Shown piece after piece: positions 26,816 through 38,990 of a stretch of 64,000 bases of DNA. Where the stretch lies: contig MU058824.1 of the NCBI GenBank assembly GCA_013265495.1, positions 3,747,111 through 3,811,110 of the forward strand, written 5' to 3'. How positions within the stretch are numbered: the first letter of the stretch is position 1; the number at the start of each line of letters is the position of its first letter. A program made the position numbers and the translations under genes. The notes beneath the pieces were generated by a model. That model searched no databases and had not been told where the DNA came from. It was given only the letters and a program-made list of their open reading frames with translations. The stretch is from Vicugna vicugna. Taxonomy: Eukaryota.

Positions 26816-28111
26816 CTGTACCCCTGGAAATGGTTGCCTGCCCTGTCTGGGACTGGCCTTCTCTCCAGTCCATGGTTTTGCCCCAGAATTGTAGCCACAT
26901 GATAACACTGTTTCTCCCCTTCCCCCTCCACTATCCCCCACCTCCTACCTCCCACACCAAACACACACATATATATCTCCAGCCAGGCCCCCAGAGTTAG
27001 TAGACTTGAACTCAGATTTGACTGTGAGCTTCCTGACAGTCAAAGCAAAACAGGAAACACAGTCAGTTGTGTGCTTCTCATCGTCCACCAGGGGAAAATA
27101 GGCCAATTCCCCAAAGGAAGCGATGTTTTTTCTTATACTTAGAGTGGAAAGAAAACTGTCATGTGAGTGTCCACTGGGGGGCCCTGTAGAAGTGATGGGC
27201 ACAGCCCCCAACAGTATCCACATGCTAATTGGTGCATTTCTGCAGAGACAGGGCCGCTGTGACCACATAGCTCAAGAATGCAGCCTTTCTAATAGCCCAG
27301 CTTAAACTAAGAAAAATCCCAAGGTGCTCTGGGGCAGCCATTCCTAGATTCTCTAATTCGATGCTCCAGGATGACGTACTACTACCTTGGGGCTTTGGGA
27401 CCTCCTACCGCCCAAGGGTACCCCTGGGAAAATGTCCTCCCCATTTGGAGAAGGTTCGATCTACAGGCATGTACCTCGCCGTCAACTCTACTCCATCAAC
27501 TCAGCTCTTGATGCGGAGAGTTCGTAGTTTGCATTTGACTTCTCTGAAGAGGGCTTGGGGCAGGGTCTTGGGGAATGGTGAAGGAGAGAAGGTCATTTGT
27601 TTTAGAGCTTAGAGAAGCGTATGGCTTACCCACACAGCTGCAGATGGTGAAGATGGAATGGAGAGAGGGCATGGCTGCGTTTTCTGTGGGAACAGATGTG
27701 ATCTGATCTAGTTGATACCTGGTAGCCTGATGAGTCAGAGGAAGGCTTCTGACCCCAAGGCACCATGATACTCCCACTGGTGAACATGGTCTATTGAATG
27801 TCCTGGGCTTTGACCAGTCAGATGAGTGACTCCTCCCATGAAAGGAGCTACAGGAGGATGGAGAGAGTGGCAGGAGAAGGGCAAGAGTTCTCTGCCCAGT
27901 TCTTCCCAGCATGAGAGGGACTAGAACCCTCTTCCTGAACACTGAGATGCTTAAGCAAGATTCAACTTGGCTATCATCTTGCCCTTAAAATGAGATAATG
28001 ACAAGTTATCATGCTGGAATTCTTGCTCTCTAGGTCTCTAGAGGTACTGGGTGCCTCTACACCAGCCATACTGTCCCTTATCTTCCTACTGTCATCATCC
28101 CTGAGTGACCC

Positions 28112-28130
28112 TAGGGTTAGGGTTAGGGTT
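28112..28130 (+). repeat. Short telomere-like (TTAGGG)~3 tract
   Basis: tagggttagggttagggtt. Confidence 0.8.
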
Positions 28131-30539
28131 CCTATAGAACCTCAGCTTTCTTCATTTGCTCTACTACCTGGAATCTTGCCTGAGGATCACTATTTTTTTT
28201 TTCGTAAACATCTTTAAAAATATTTTCTTAACACCTGAGAATTCTGAGTATACTTTGTCTTCCTGTGGATCAAGCAGAGGGTTAGCTTCCCAAGAAAAAT
28301 CGTGCCTGTTTTACAAGACCGGTGGATGTTTGAGGGAACACTGAGCAAGTTGCCATAGTGTAAAAGCACGGGGTAGACCCCTGGACTCTTAGGCTAGTCA
28401 TTTCTCTTGGGGTCATGGTTTCTGCATTTGGAGTGAGGGGTTAGACTGGGTCATCCTTAAGATTTATTCCAGCTCTAACATTCTCTGAGAGATAAAACAA
28501 ACTGGGAATCTATCTCTTGTTTTTATTTTGGGTTGTTTACATTTTTTCTTCCTGTCTGTTCCATTCTTCTAGATGACAGGCAAATTCTGTGTACGTGGGG
28601 TTTAAAGATTACAAGTGAATTGTCAAAGAGCTGCCTGCACCTTGCTGGGATATTCTTTGATTCATTTATTCATTCATTCATCCAAGAAATTTTTACAGAT
28701 TTGCCATGTCAGTGACATTGACCACCTGTGCTGTGCTGTGTGGCATAAAGTAACAGCACTATATGCAGCCAAAGGTACTGTGTGAAAATTGACTTTTAGG
28801 TAGAAGTATTCCCCCCTAAACAATGCTAACCAATATTTGCAATAAAGAAAGGCAAAAAAGACCAAAGAAAGGTAATTCCAGTCCTACAAGCTTGTTTTGA
28901 GAGTGTGCGGCAAGTTTGGCTTAAGGAATTTGGCTATTCACAAAGTTCTTTTTAAAAACGCAAACATTTATTATTTTATAAATTAAAAAATAAATTTTTT
29001 AAAAAGGACATAGATATCTAGTTCTGATAACAAGGTCTTAGCTATTGCAGACTTCCCTCCCATCTCAAACAATAGAAATATTGCTCAAATATAACAATAA
29101 ATTAATTCTTGTATATATCTGAGGTTTAAATAAAAGGAAATACTCAGGAGCTGGAAATTTAGAAGACGCTCAGGGCCAGAACTCTATGTGCAGAAGCTAA
29201 TGTCCCAGTGGCCCAGGGTACTGGTCCTGGGTATAGTTCCTAGTGAACAGGGGCTGGAATTTCGATGCTGATGTTAAGACAGAAGGTATGGTCTCAGACT
29301 TATGTGATGTGGGAGTTGAACTGAAAATCCTGCAAAAAATTAAAACCTGGAAGGACCTCACTTTCCATGAAGTGAGCACTAGGCCAGTTTCACCTATAGT
29401 CTGAGGAAAGTCACAAGGAAACTTGATTCTGCATGGAGAGGAGAGCAAAAGTTTCCCATAAAAAATTGAAATCCAACTGCGCCACATACAGGTGTGGTAT
29501 CTCACTTTATATTATTCACAGGAAACCCAAGAAGAGAAATTAATATAAAAACTGGGCTCATATAAGTGAAATTCTTGAGATGCTGAGCAAAAGTGCATGA
29601 AAAGCTCTCATCTGGATCCTTCTACAGTCCATGATGTACAACATGCCTACAGAGTAAATGCCAACTGCTGAAGATGAGCTCACAATTTTAAAATTGCAAA
29701 ACAAACAAGGAAACGAGGGCAAGTCAGGAGATATTAGTACTCCAAGAACCTAAAATAACACACAATGAAAGAGACTATAAAATGACTTGAGAGGAGAAAA
29801 ACGGACTAGAAACACCACAAAAGAATAAAATACTGTGAAAAAAGAATAAGCAGGTTAGGAAAATAATCAAATAAATTCTCTAGGAATAAATATTTTACTC
29901 ATCAAAATTTAAAATTCAGCTGATGGGCTAAAAACCAGGTAAGATACAGCTGAATAGAAAAGTAGTGATTTGGGAGACAGAGCTGAGGAAGTTGTCAAGA
30001 ATGCAGCACAGAAATCTAACGAGTTGGGAAATATGAAAAAGAGAGTAAGAGATAAAACAGTATTTCATGAGAAGGTCCAATATACATCTAACAGTTGCTC
30101 TGGAAAAATAAATAGAAAAGATAGAGGTGAGGCAACATTTGAAGAAATAATGGCTAAGAAATTTATAGAACAGAACTGTTGCAAGACATGTGTCATTAGG
30201 TTGAGGAAGCATCCTAAATGACATGCAAGGTAAATAAAAATAAATACACACCTAGGCAAAACTACAGTGAAACAAGAACATCAGAGACAAAGAAAATTAA
30301 AAGCAACCAGAGAGAAAGTATAACTTTTAGATTGATGGGACACTTTTTAAAGCGTCAAAAGGCGTCAGAAGACAATAGAAAAAGTGTTAAGAGATAATAA
30401 CAACTGACGTGTCCTCAGACAAGTGATCATTTAATAGTGAAGGCAAATAAAAACATTTTTAGACAAAGACAGAGAAACTTTACCATGCACACCACCTTGT
30501 GGAACTGCTAACAAATGTACTTCAGTAAGAAGGATATGA

Positions 30540-32403
30540 GAGACTTACAGTTTTATCTCTGATGTATAAATGGCTTGGGAGTCATCACTTCCATATCTGC
30601 AACAAGAAATAAAGTTGAGAAAACTGAAGATTAACAACTTTTCTTGACCCATCAGAGAATTAAGGTTGCAGAGCAAATAACTACTGCAAAATCTGGAAGC
30701 AGAATATAGTCACAGCTGAGATATGCCAGATTGATGTAAAACCTCATACTAAAGGCCTATTTTCCTCATTTTCTGTACCCAATACATTGTTTCCAGCTTT
30801 TGACAAAAAGTTAGGCAAGAAAAAACACAGTCTGAAGAGACAAAGTAAGCATTGGAACCAGACTCAGCTGTGACACAGAATTATTAGATGGGGAATTTAA
30901 AATAAATATGATATGTGAAGGGCTCCAATGGAAAAAGTAGACAGCGTGAATGAACAGGTGGACAATGTAAACAGAGAGATGGAAACTCTAAGAAAGACTC
31001 AAAAAGAAATACTAGGAATAAAAAGAAAATACATTAACAAACAAAGAATGCCTTTGATGGATTCATCAGTAGCCTGGACACAGCCATGTAGAGTCAGTGA
31101 ACTTGAAGATATGTGAATAGAAATGTCCCAAATTGAAATGCAAGAGAAAAAAAATGAAAAAGCAAAGACACCAGTCAAAAGCCAGAACGGGACACAATCC
31201 AAGAAAGATGGGATAATTTTGAGAGGAATAATATATACATAATTGGAATACCAAAGGGAGAAGAGAGAATGAAGAAATATTTGAAGTAGTAATGGCCAAG
31301 AACTTTCCAAAATTAATGGCAGGTAATCAAACCACAGATGTGGGGAACTCAGAAAATGGCAGGCAGTAGATGTATCAAAATATCTCTACCTACACATATC
31401 ATATTCAAACACTGGAAAACCTAAGACAGAAAATCTTGAAAGAAGCCAGAGTGGGATAAACCCCCTTACTTAAAGAGGAACAAGGGTAAGAATCACAGTG
31501 GATTTCATGTCGGAAACCATGCAAACGAAAGAGAGTGGAGTGAAATATTTAAAGCGTTGAAAGAAAATACCCCATCAACCTAGAACTCTGTATATTGAGA
31601 AATTATATCCCCAAAGTGAAGGAAAAATAAAGACTTTCTCAGTCAAAAGAAAATGGATTGAATTCATGAACAGCAGCTCTGTCTTGTGAGAAATGTTAAA
31701 AAAAATAATAATTCTTTAGGGAGAAGAAAAATAGGTCAGAAACTCAGATCTACAAAAGGAAGGGACGGGAGTCAGAGAAGGAATAAATGAAGATAAAATA
31801 AATTCTTTGATTTTTCCTATTCTTAATCTAAAAGGTAACTGTTTTTTTTTAAAGTAAAAATTTTAACAATGTATCCACATGGTTATAACATATGGTTAAG
31901 TGAAATGAATGACAGTACTGTCACAAGGGACAGGAAGGCGGAATTGGGAATACGCTGTTAGAAGGTAGCTGTACTACAATTGAAGAAGTATATTATCTGA
32001 AGATGAATTTGGATTAGTTATAAATGTATATTGAAAACTCTAGGGCAACTGCTAAAACCTTTTTTGACTAAATTTTTTAAAAAATTGTGATTAAAAACAC
32101 ATAATGTAAAAATTACCCTCTTAACCATATTTAAGTGTATGCAGTTCAGTAGTGCTAAGCAGATAAAAGGGAATCATATGACATATTTAATTAAACCCAG
32201 AGAAGGAAAAAAAAAAGGAGCAGGGAAAAAAATGAGGAACAAGTTCAACAAATAGAAAACAGTTACAAACATAGTAGATATTTATACAACTACATCAATA
32301 ATTGCTTTAGATGTTAATGGTCTAAGTTTACCCATTGAAAGACAGAGACTGTTAGAGTACCTGAAAAAATAACAACATGAGATCCAACTACATGCTGCCT
32401 ATG
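30540..32403 (+). mobile_element. Nested L1M 5' half (ORF1 remnant to start of ORF2)
   Basis: A second ORF1 remnant (MEKVDSVNEQVDNVNREMETLRKTQKEILGIK, 30928-31116), an inter-ORF region and an ORF2 start ending at gatccaactacatgctgcctatg. Flanked by the direct repeat agaaggatatga. Confidence 0.75.
32070..32160 (-). mobile_element. Short antisense L1 3'-end fragment within the nested L1
   Basis: aaaattaccctcttaaccatatttaagtgtatgcagttcagtagtg is typical of a reversed L1MA/MB 3' terminus. Confidence 0.55.
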
Positions 32404-34078
32404 AGAAGGATATGAAATACGAAAGGAAGGAATGGGGTTTAAGAAGCAATGGTACCCAAATAATTGATACCCAAAGGATAATTTAAATAACTATTGACTA
32501 TAAAACAATGACTAGTTTGGGGGATGTAAAAACAAAGTAAAAAAAGACAATAATAATATGTAAGATTGAGGGTGGGCTGATCTGAGTTAAAAATTCTAAG
32601 ATCCTTACATTACTCAGGTGGAGGATAAATATATTGATAAACTTTCAAGGATGCTGGTAAGTAAATCAGGGGTAATCATTAAAGGCATAGTAATGGAATG
32701 TATAACTTCCAATCAAGAATAGGCAAGAAGAGATTATATAGAGCATTCAGTGAGTCAGTAGAAGACTGGGGAAAAGAAGAAAGAACAAGGAAAAAGCATG
32801 GTCAATTAAAAATACAAAGTTAGATAATAGATGGTAGAAATAAATAAAAATATTTGAGTAGTCCCAATAAATATAAATAGATTGAATTTGCTAGATAATA
32901 CAGAAGATACGAAAAATAACCAAAACTCAGAAATAGGCAGTTTATAGGAATTAACTTAAAACAAAATGGTACTGAAAGATTGCAAGTAGGGAGATAGGAA
33001 AATAGAGACGAGGCAAATACTAACTAAATAAAATGTAATAGAGTAATATCACTCCCAGATGAAATTAAGGCCCAACGTGTCCTCAGAAACAAACAGGACC
33101 ATTATTCAACGATAAGAGGAAAACTCATGGAAAAATATAACAATTCTGAACCTGTATATACTAAGCAACAGAGTCTCAAAATATTGAAAGCAAAAATTGT
33201 CAAGGAACAAAGGAAAAAATATCCCACAATATTTTTTGGAGACTTTAACATACATACCCCTCTTATTAACGGATAGACCAAGCTGACAAAAAATTGGCAA
33301 GGATGTTTGTGAGTTTCTCACATGGTGAATAACAAGCTTGATCATATAGACAGATGAAGGCCAACAATTTGAGAGTATTCATGCTTTTCAAACACACATG
33401 GAAAGCCACTTTCAGAGAGAAACTGTGTGCTGGTTGTGAAAATGAATTTCAGCAACACCCAAAATCCACATCATAGACCATGTTTTTTGATCTCAGTGCA
33501 CGAAAATTACAAAATAATAGTCCAAAGCAAATTATGGCTTCCAGTCTTCTGTATGAAAGTTGAAAAACAAAACCAATTTTCTGAAAAAAATCCATGGGTC
33601 AAAAAAGAAATCCTAATGAAAATTTTAAAATATTGGAACTGAACAACCAAAACAAAGAACAAACAAACAAACACACTACATATCAAAACTTGTGGAACAA
33701 AGCTAAAGTGATACTTAGAGGGAAATGCATAGCTTTAAATGCATTTACTTAAAACAGAAGATAAAAGAGTAATGAGTTAAGCATTCAACTCAAAAAGTTA
33801 GAAAAAGAGCAACAGAGTAAATTCCCATAAGGAATAAGTAACACGTATGTGCTGCAAAAAATTAAAATAATACAGAATTATGTTAAATAGAAATGAAAGA
33901 CCCTATTCCTACTTCTTGCCTAATCTGTGTCTCAGAGAGCCAGGGCTAACTACAGAGAGAAGTTTCTAAACTTGTATGTATGGGTGAAGAGCTGTAGCAG
34001 GAGTGGATGGGCCTTGGTATGGGAATGGCTCAGTGGTTTCATAAATAATAACTTCATAGTAATAAAGTAACACTTCAA

Positions 34079-34314
34079 GGCAGCAGGGTATAGCTCAGTG
34101 GTGGAGTGCATGCTTAACGCGCATGAGGTCCTGGGTTCAGTTTCTAGTACCTGCTCCAAAAACAAACAAACAAACCTGATTACCTTCGACCACCACCAAA
34201 ACAAAACCAAAACCAAACCAAAACCAAACAAAACAAAAAACCCCCCAACTCTCTGTAAAAGAATTTGGGCTACAGAGAAATTAGAGGCAAATTCAAGGAA
34301 AAAAGTTTAAAAAA
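34079..34314 (+). mobile_element. tRNA(Ala)-derived SINE, Vic-1-like, with 3' extension
   Basis: Head gggtatagctcagtggtggagtgcatgcttaacgcgcatgaggtcctgggttcag and a (CAAAA)n-like tail. Flanking repeats aaagtaacacttca / aaagtaacatttca. Confidence 0.85.
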
Positions 34315-35593
34315 TAAAAGTAACATTTCAGAAAATAAGTAAAAGTAACATTTCAGAAAATCGAGGCAAGGGAACATGAAGATAACAGAAGAACTGGTGA
34401 GAAAGATGTAGGGATTTTAGTTGTCTGCGAACTCAGTCACGTGGCTGCCAGTGAACGTGAACTCTTCTGTGTTGGTCAGGCCACACTTGTCATGGGGGTT
34501 TGCAGGTGAGTGCCTCCCCTTAAGGAGGAGGTCAACTAATTGGAAGATGACCAGAGGAGGTGACCAGGTTGGGGAAGGGGACACCCCTCTAATATTTACT
34601 AAGCACTTTGTATGTGCCAGGAAACTGGGCTGAACTCTTTATGTAGTTCCTTACTCAATGCTCTATGAAGTGGGTGGTATGAAATTATTCCCATTTTACA
34701 GATGAGAAGACTGAGAGGAGAGAGGACAACTTGTCCAAAGACCCATAGGCAGAAACGTTTGGAGCCAGGCAGTCAGAGTCCAGGCCTGTGCCTGAAGCCA
34801 CTGTTGATCCTGCTCCTCATTTACACCACCTGGCTTCCCCACCCACGAAACCTGTCTTGTGAGGCATTTGTGGAGGAAGTAGAGCTGACTGGCTGGGAGA
34901 AGGGAAAACTCACTGGAAACCCAAGAGTGTAATCTGACCTCAGAGAGGCTCCCACAGAGGAGGGGTGGAAATTAGTCCCACAGGACTCGGTGGAAATTAG
35001 AGAGAGGCAGCTTTCAACTCAGTCCAAGGAAACTTTCCAGACAGGGAGGACTCCCACGTGTAGATTGACTGTGGGTTTCTTGCCACTGGGAATGTCTGGC
35101 CTGGGTGGCATGGCCACTTGGGAGGAAGGCTGAGGAAAGTCTTCAAGCATCAGAGAGGGGCTTGGAAGAGGTGATCAGTAGGGTCCCTTCCAGCTCTAAG
35201 CTTTGGCATTCTATGACAGGTGGGGTTGTCTTTCCTCTCTTCTGTTTTGGAGAAAAGATGGATTTATTGATTCTTTCCTGATGTCTTGGCTGTGAAACAA
35301 AACAGAATGACTTTATTGAAGACCATCACATAGACCAACTCAGTGTCAGTGCTTTTGAGAGGATACGGACAATTCCAGGATCGGGGTAAGGGGACTGGTG
35401 ATGTTATCATCTTTTCAGGCCACAGTTGGGCAGATAACTTTATTCACCGGTTGTAACTTCTGCAGCTGGCTTATTGGGATAAGGGTGTGAAGGGAAGATG
35501 ATGAGAGGCTGTGCTCAGAGGAGCTTGGGGGTGAGGTCTTGGAGGTAGACCGGCTCTACATGGCAGGATCAGGTCCTACCTGTGGCCCTCCAT

Positions 35594-35625
35594 GGGGCTG
35601 GGGCTGGGGCTGGGGCTGGGGGCTG
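35594..35625 (+). repeat. (GGGGCT)5 tandem repeat, G-quadruplex motif
   Basis: ggggctggggctggggctggggctgggggctg. Confidence 0.9.
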
Positions 35626-38600
35626 GAGATCAAGACCAGTGGAGTCAAAGAGGTAGCTCAGTGAGGTCAAGGACAAATGGAGATGACGGTGAGAGGTCCC
35701 CCGGAAGGGGGCATCTGTCAGGAAGGATATAGGCAGTTCATTAACTGTATGAAGGGACTCGTGGGGTCCTGAGGAGGAGATATTGTGGCAGGATGATGTG
35801 GTGGAGCAGTGGCCTGGGACTGGCGCTGGGGAATGATGGAAGTGCAGGCCCCTAGGAAATCACGGGAGAGGAGGGAGGCATGCTTTCCACTGGGGCAGAA
35901 GTCAGGGATCCACATCTGGAGGACTGCTGGGGGCAGTGCAGCGTTGTGCTTGAGAGCACAGGCTTCTGGAGCAGCTGCTTGTGACTTTACAGCCTGTCTT
36001 GTTACTTTAGAGCCTCTTGGGAGGTTCTGGTAATAAGTGATTGCAGTTTTACCTCCAGAATCTGTGTGATTCTTTCTTTACTTCTAGACTTGAGGATGCT
36101 GGTCACCATCACTTCCCAGACAAACATGAGCTTTTCTTCTTATGTGCAAAGTTACTGTTTTAAACCTACTTGGCTTTACCACTGCTTTAACCTCAGTTTT
36201 CTCATATGTGAAATGGAATAATAACAGTTCTGTGTCATTTTGCTTATGCAGATTAAATGAGATGAACATAAAAGTGTTTAGCAGAGACCCTTGATTAATG
36301 TTACTTTGATTATTGTTGTTATGATTATCACCAAGGAGCATTTTGCCACAAGTGGGATTCCTCAGGGCAGAGAGACAGGGTCATGATGGGAAAGGGATCA
36401 GGGCTGGATGGACCGGAGAGGAGGCAGAGAGACTGGAATGTCGGGTGGGAGGGAAGAAAGATGGCCCAGACGCAATGGCCCGTTTGCGCTGTGGAGTTGC
36501 TGGGAACTTTCTCCTCCCCAGGCTTTCCCTGTTTGCACTGTTTGGCTACAGATTACACAGGCAAATGAGCTCGGTCTTTGAGGGGAAAATCCCATTAAAG
36601 CAATCAAAATAACAATTTGTATCACTTTTAGAACCTCTGCCTGAGGAGCAAAGAAACCTCCGTAATAAATTATTAATTCTGGGTTGCGTTATAAGAATTT
36701 TCCTTTAAAACAAGCAAATTAATATTTCCCTTTTGGTACAACAGACGGTGGGAATTCTCCAGTCTCCTAGCTCTATCTCACTTCGAGAGAGACAGAGTTA
36801 GGAGACAGATCTGTGCTCTCAGGGACGCCTGCCACTCCCCTTCATGCTCGGCCTGTCTGGGAACCCAGGCAGCACCGCATTGGTCACCCATGTTGGCCAC
36901 ATGGCAAGGTGGTTCAGAGTGAGGGCTCTGGAGTTCTCCTGGTTCTGGAACCTGGCGCCTGCACCTCCTTTGATCTGATAAAGTTGCCTAACCTCATTGA
37001 GCCTCAGTTTCCCCATCTGCATGAGGGGTGGGGAGGCTAGCGTGCCCCAAACAGAGTTGGTGTGAGGACAGAACAGGAGGCTGTGTGTGTAAGGTCTTGG
37101 ACAGCTCTTGGCACACGGGAACACTCAATAGATGTTATCATGATGCTTTACATCCTCAGAGAATTCCTGAATGATGCAGACAGGGTCCCTACCCCCACAG
37201 AACTTACAGTCTGGAGAGCCTTGTGGGAAGTGGGTGGGAAGGAGGGTGAGGCTGCTGGGTGGCAATGAGGAAGAGCAAAAGACCCTTGTGCAGGTAGAGT
37301 CTTTAAGGGGAAAGCAGGTAGTTTCAGGTGGCTGGAGCATGAGGGGCTGCATCTGATGACTCTGAATAGCCTGTTTAAACACACACGCACACACACAGCG
37401 CAATATAATGAATTATAATAGAATATAACATATAAATAATAATATAATATCTGGACGGTGCATATGGTTCAATACTTTGTACTACCTCCCTTAATTCTCA
37501 TTAAAAAAAAAACCCTTCCATCTTGGTGTTTATTTTCCTCATTTAGAAAGATGAGGAAACTGAAGGAATGGTACTTGATATACAGCAAGATTTAAAATTT
37601 TATATTACATTTGCCTGGCAAGACACATGCAGTAGGTTTGTTTACACAGTGTGATTTTTATGTCTTTTCAACTTTAGCCCTCAATCACTTTTGGATGCTG
37701 GGGTGTGAGGATTGGTGGCAGGGCTGATGGGGCTGCATCTGGAGCTGCTGGGAAGGGGATCATTGCTTCCCTGGGGGACACTCTTTTAGGAATAGGTGTA
37801 TTAATTTATACAGATTGTTCTCAATGAATTCATTTATGAATAGCATCTGGGTGTTAAATTACAGCATATGGAATAAATCTGGAGAAGTCCTAGTCTGTCT
37901 GTGCCCTGGGGACAGCACTATAGATTCTCTTGCTACTAACCTTTTTCTGGGCTTCTGATCCTCTTTGGAAGGGATGTTTAGGTAGACATTTCCCTCCTGT
38001 TTTGGCTCTGAGCATGGCTGACATCATTTGTTCTTTGTGATTTGGGAGGTTAGAGGCTAAAAAACAGAAAGTGGGCCATGGGGCTTTCATATTCTGTTAG
38101 GGTCTTGCCTGTTAGTAAATAAGTTGTCTCAAGTGTCTCCCAGGGGTGCCTCACAGCTCACCAGTGACTTCCTCATATCTTAAAATGGACTTTAACCCCA
38201 AAGGGCCTGGTGAGCCTGTGACCTCTCACCAGCACTTGGTTTTCCCTTCTATGACCTGGGAGTCAGAAAGCCACATTTGCACTTGGGGGCCAAACAACTC
38301 AGAAATGTTCACATACTACCTTGAAAGATGAACTCCCCCTTGCCTTAGAGAAATTTAGCTCCAGGAAAATCTTATGGGAGGACCTAAGTTTGGCCATTAG
38401 ATCCTATGCTAGAAGCAGATTTGGGGTCATAATCTCTAGAGGTTTCAACCTGGTGAATGTGGGTCCAAGTCTGGCTGGTTATGGAGACATTTATTTCCCC
38501 GGCTCTACAAACTGAGGTCAACTGCTTGGATTTCTCTAAATCTCGGACTGGTTCCCCATAATAGCTCCTTGATTTAAAAACTCAATCTGTGCACCAGGAG

Positions 38601-38794
38601 AGACATACAGGAATGCTCAGAGCGGCCTTGCTAGTCATTGCGGAGTTCCCGAGGCTCAAAGAAGCTGGGCAGGGCCCTCTGTGAGCCTCCCAATACAGCA
38701 GCATAAAGTTTCCTACATGCTGTCCTTTTAATTTGCTTCTTTTCTTGGATGAAGAAAAGGTCCTCTCCAGGCCATGACCGTGCCTCCTTATGAT

Positions 38795-38990
38795 AGTGGA
38801 ACACTTACCTTGTGCCAAGCCCTGGTCTGAGCGCTTTGCAAGTATTAACTCATTTAATCCCTTCAGCAGCCCTGTGTGGGGGGTGCTTTTATTATCTTAA
38901 TTTTACAAATGAGGAAATTGAGGGACAGCATGGCTAAGTAACTTTCCCAAGGCCACACAGCTGGTGAGTGGTGGGATTTGAAGATAGACT
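38795..38990 (-). mobile_element. MIR
   Basis: tattaactcatttaatccc...attttacaaatgaggaaattgaggg...ccaaggccacacagctggtgagtgg. Confidence 0.8.

Larger units (their letters stand above)
29000..33830 (+). mobile_element. Ancient L1M element (5' region, ORF1 remnants, ORF2 endonuclease remnants) interrupted by a nested L1; sense to PAX5
   Basis: Strongly A-rich + strand. ORF1-like peptide at 29970-30221 (DRAEEVVKNAAQK...EATFEEIMAKKF) and ORF2-like sequence at 32830-33830 (tatcaaaacttgtggaacaaagctaaagtgatacttagagggaaatgcatagc). Confidence 0.85.

Noticed and set aside
29970..31116. Short coiled-coil-like ORFs as novel genes
   Set aside because: They are fragments of decayed L1 ORF1 with frameshifts and stops.
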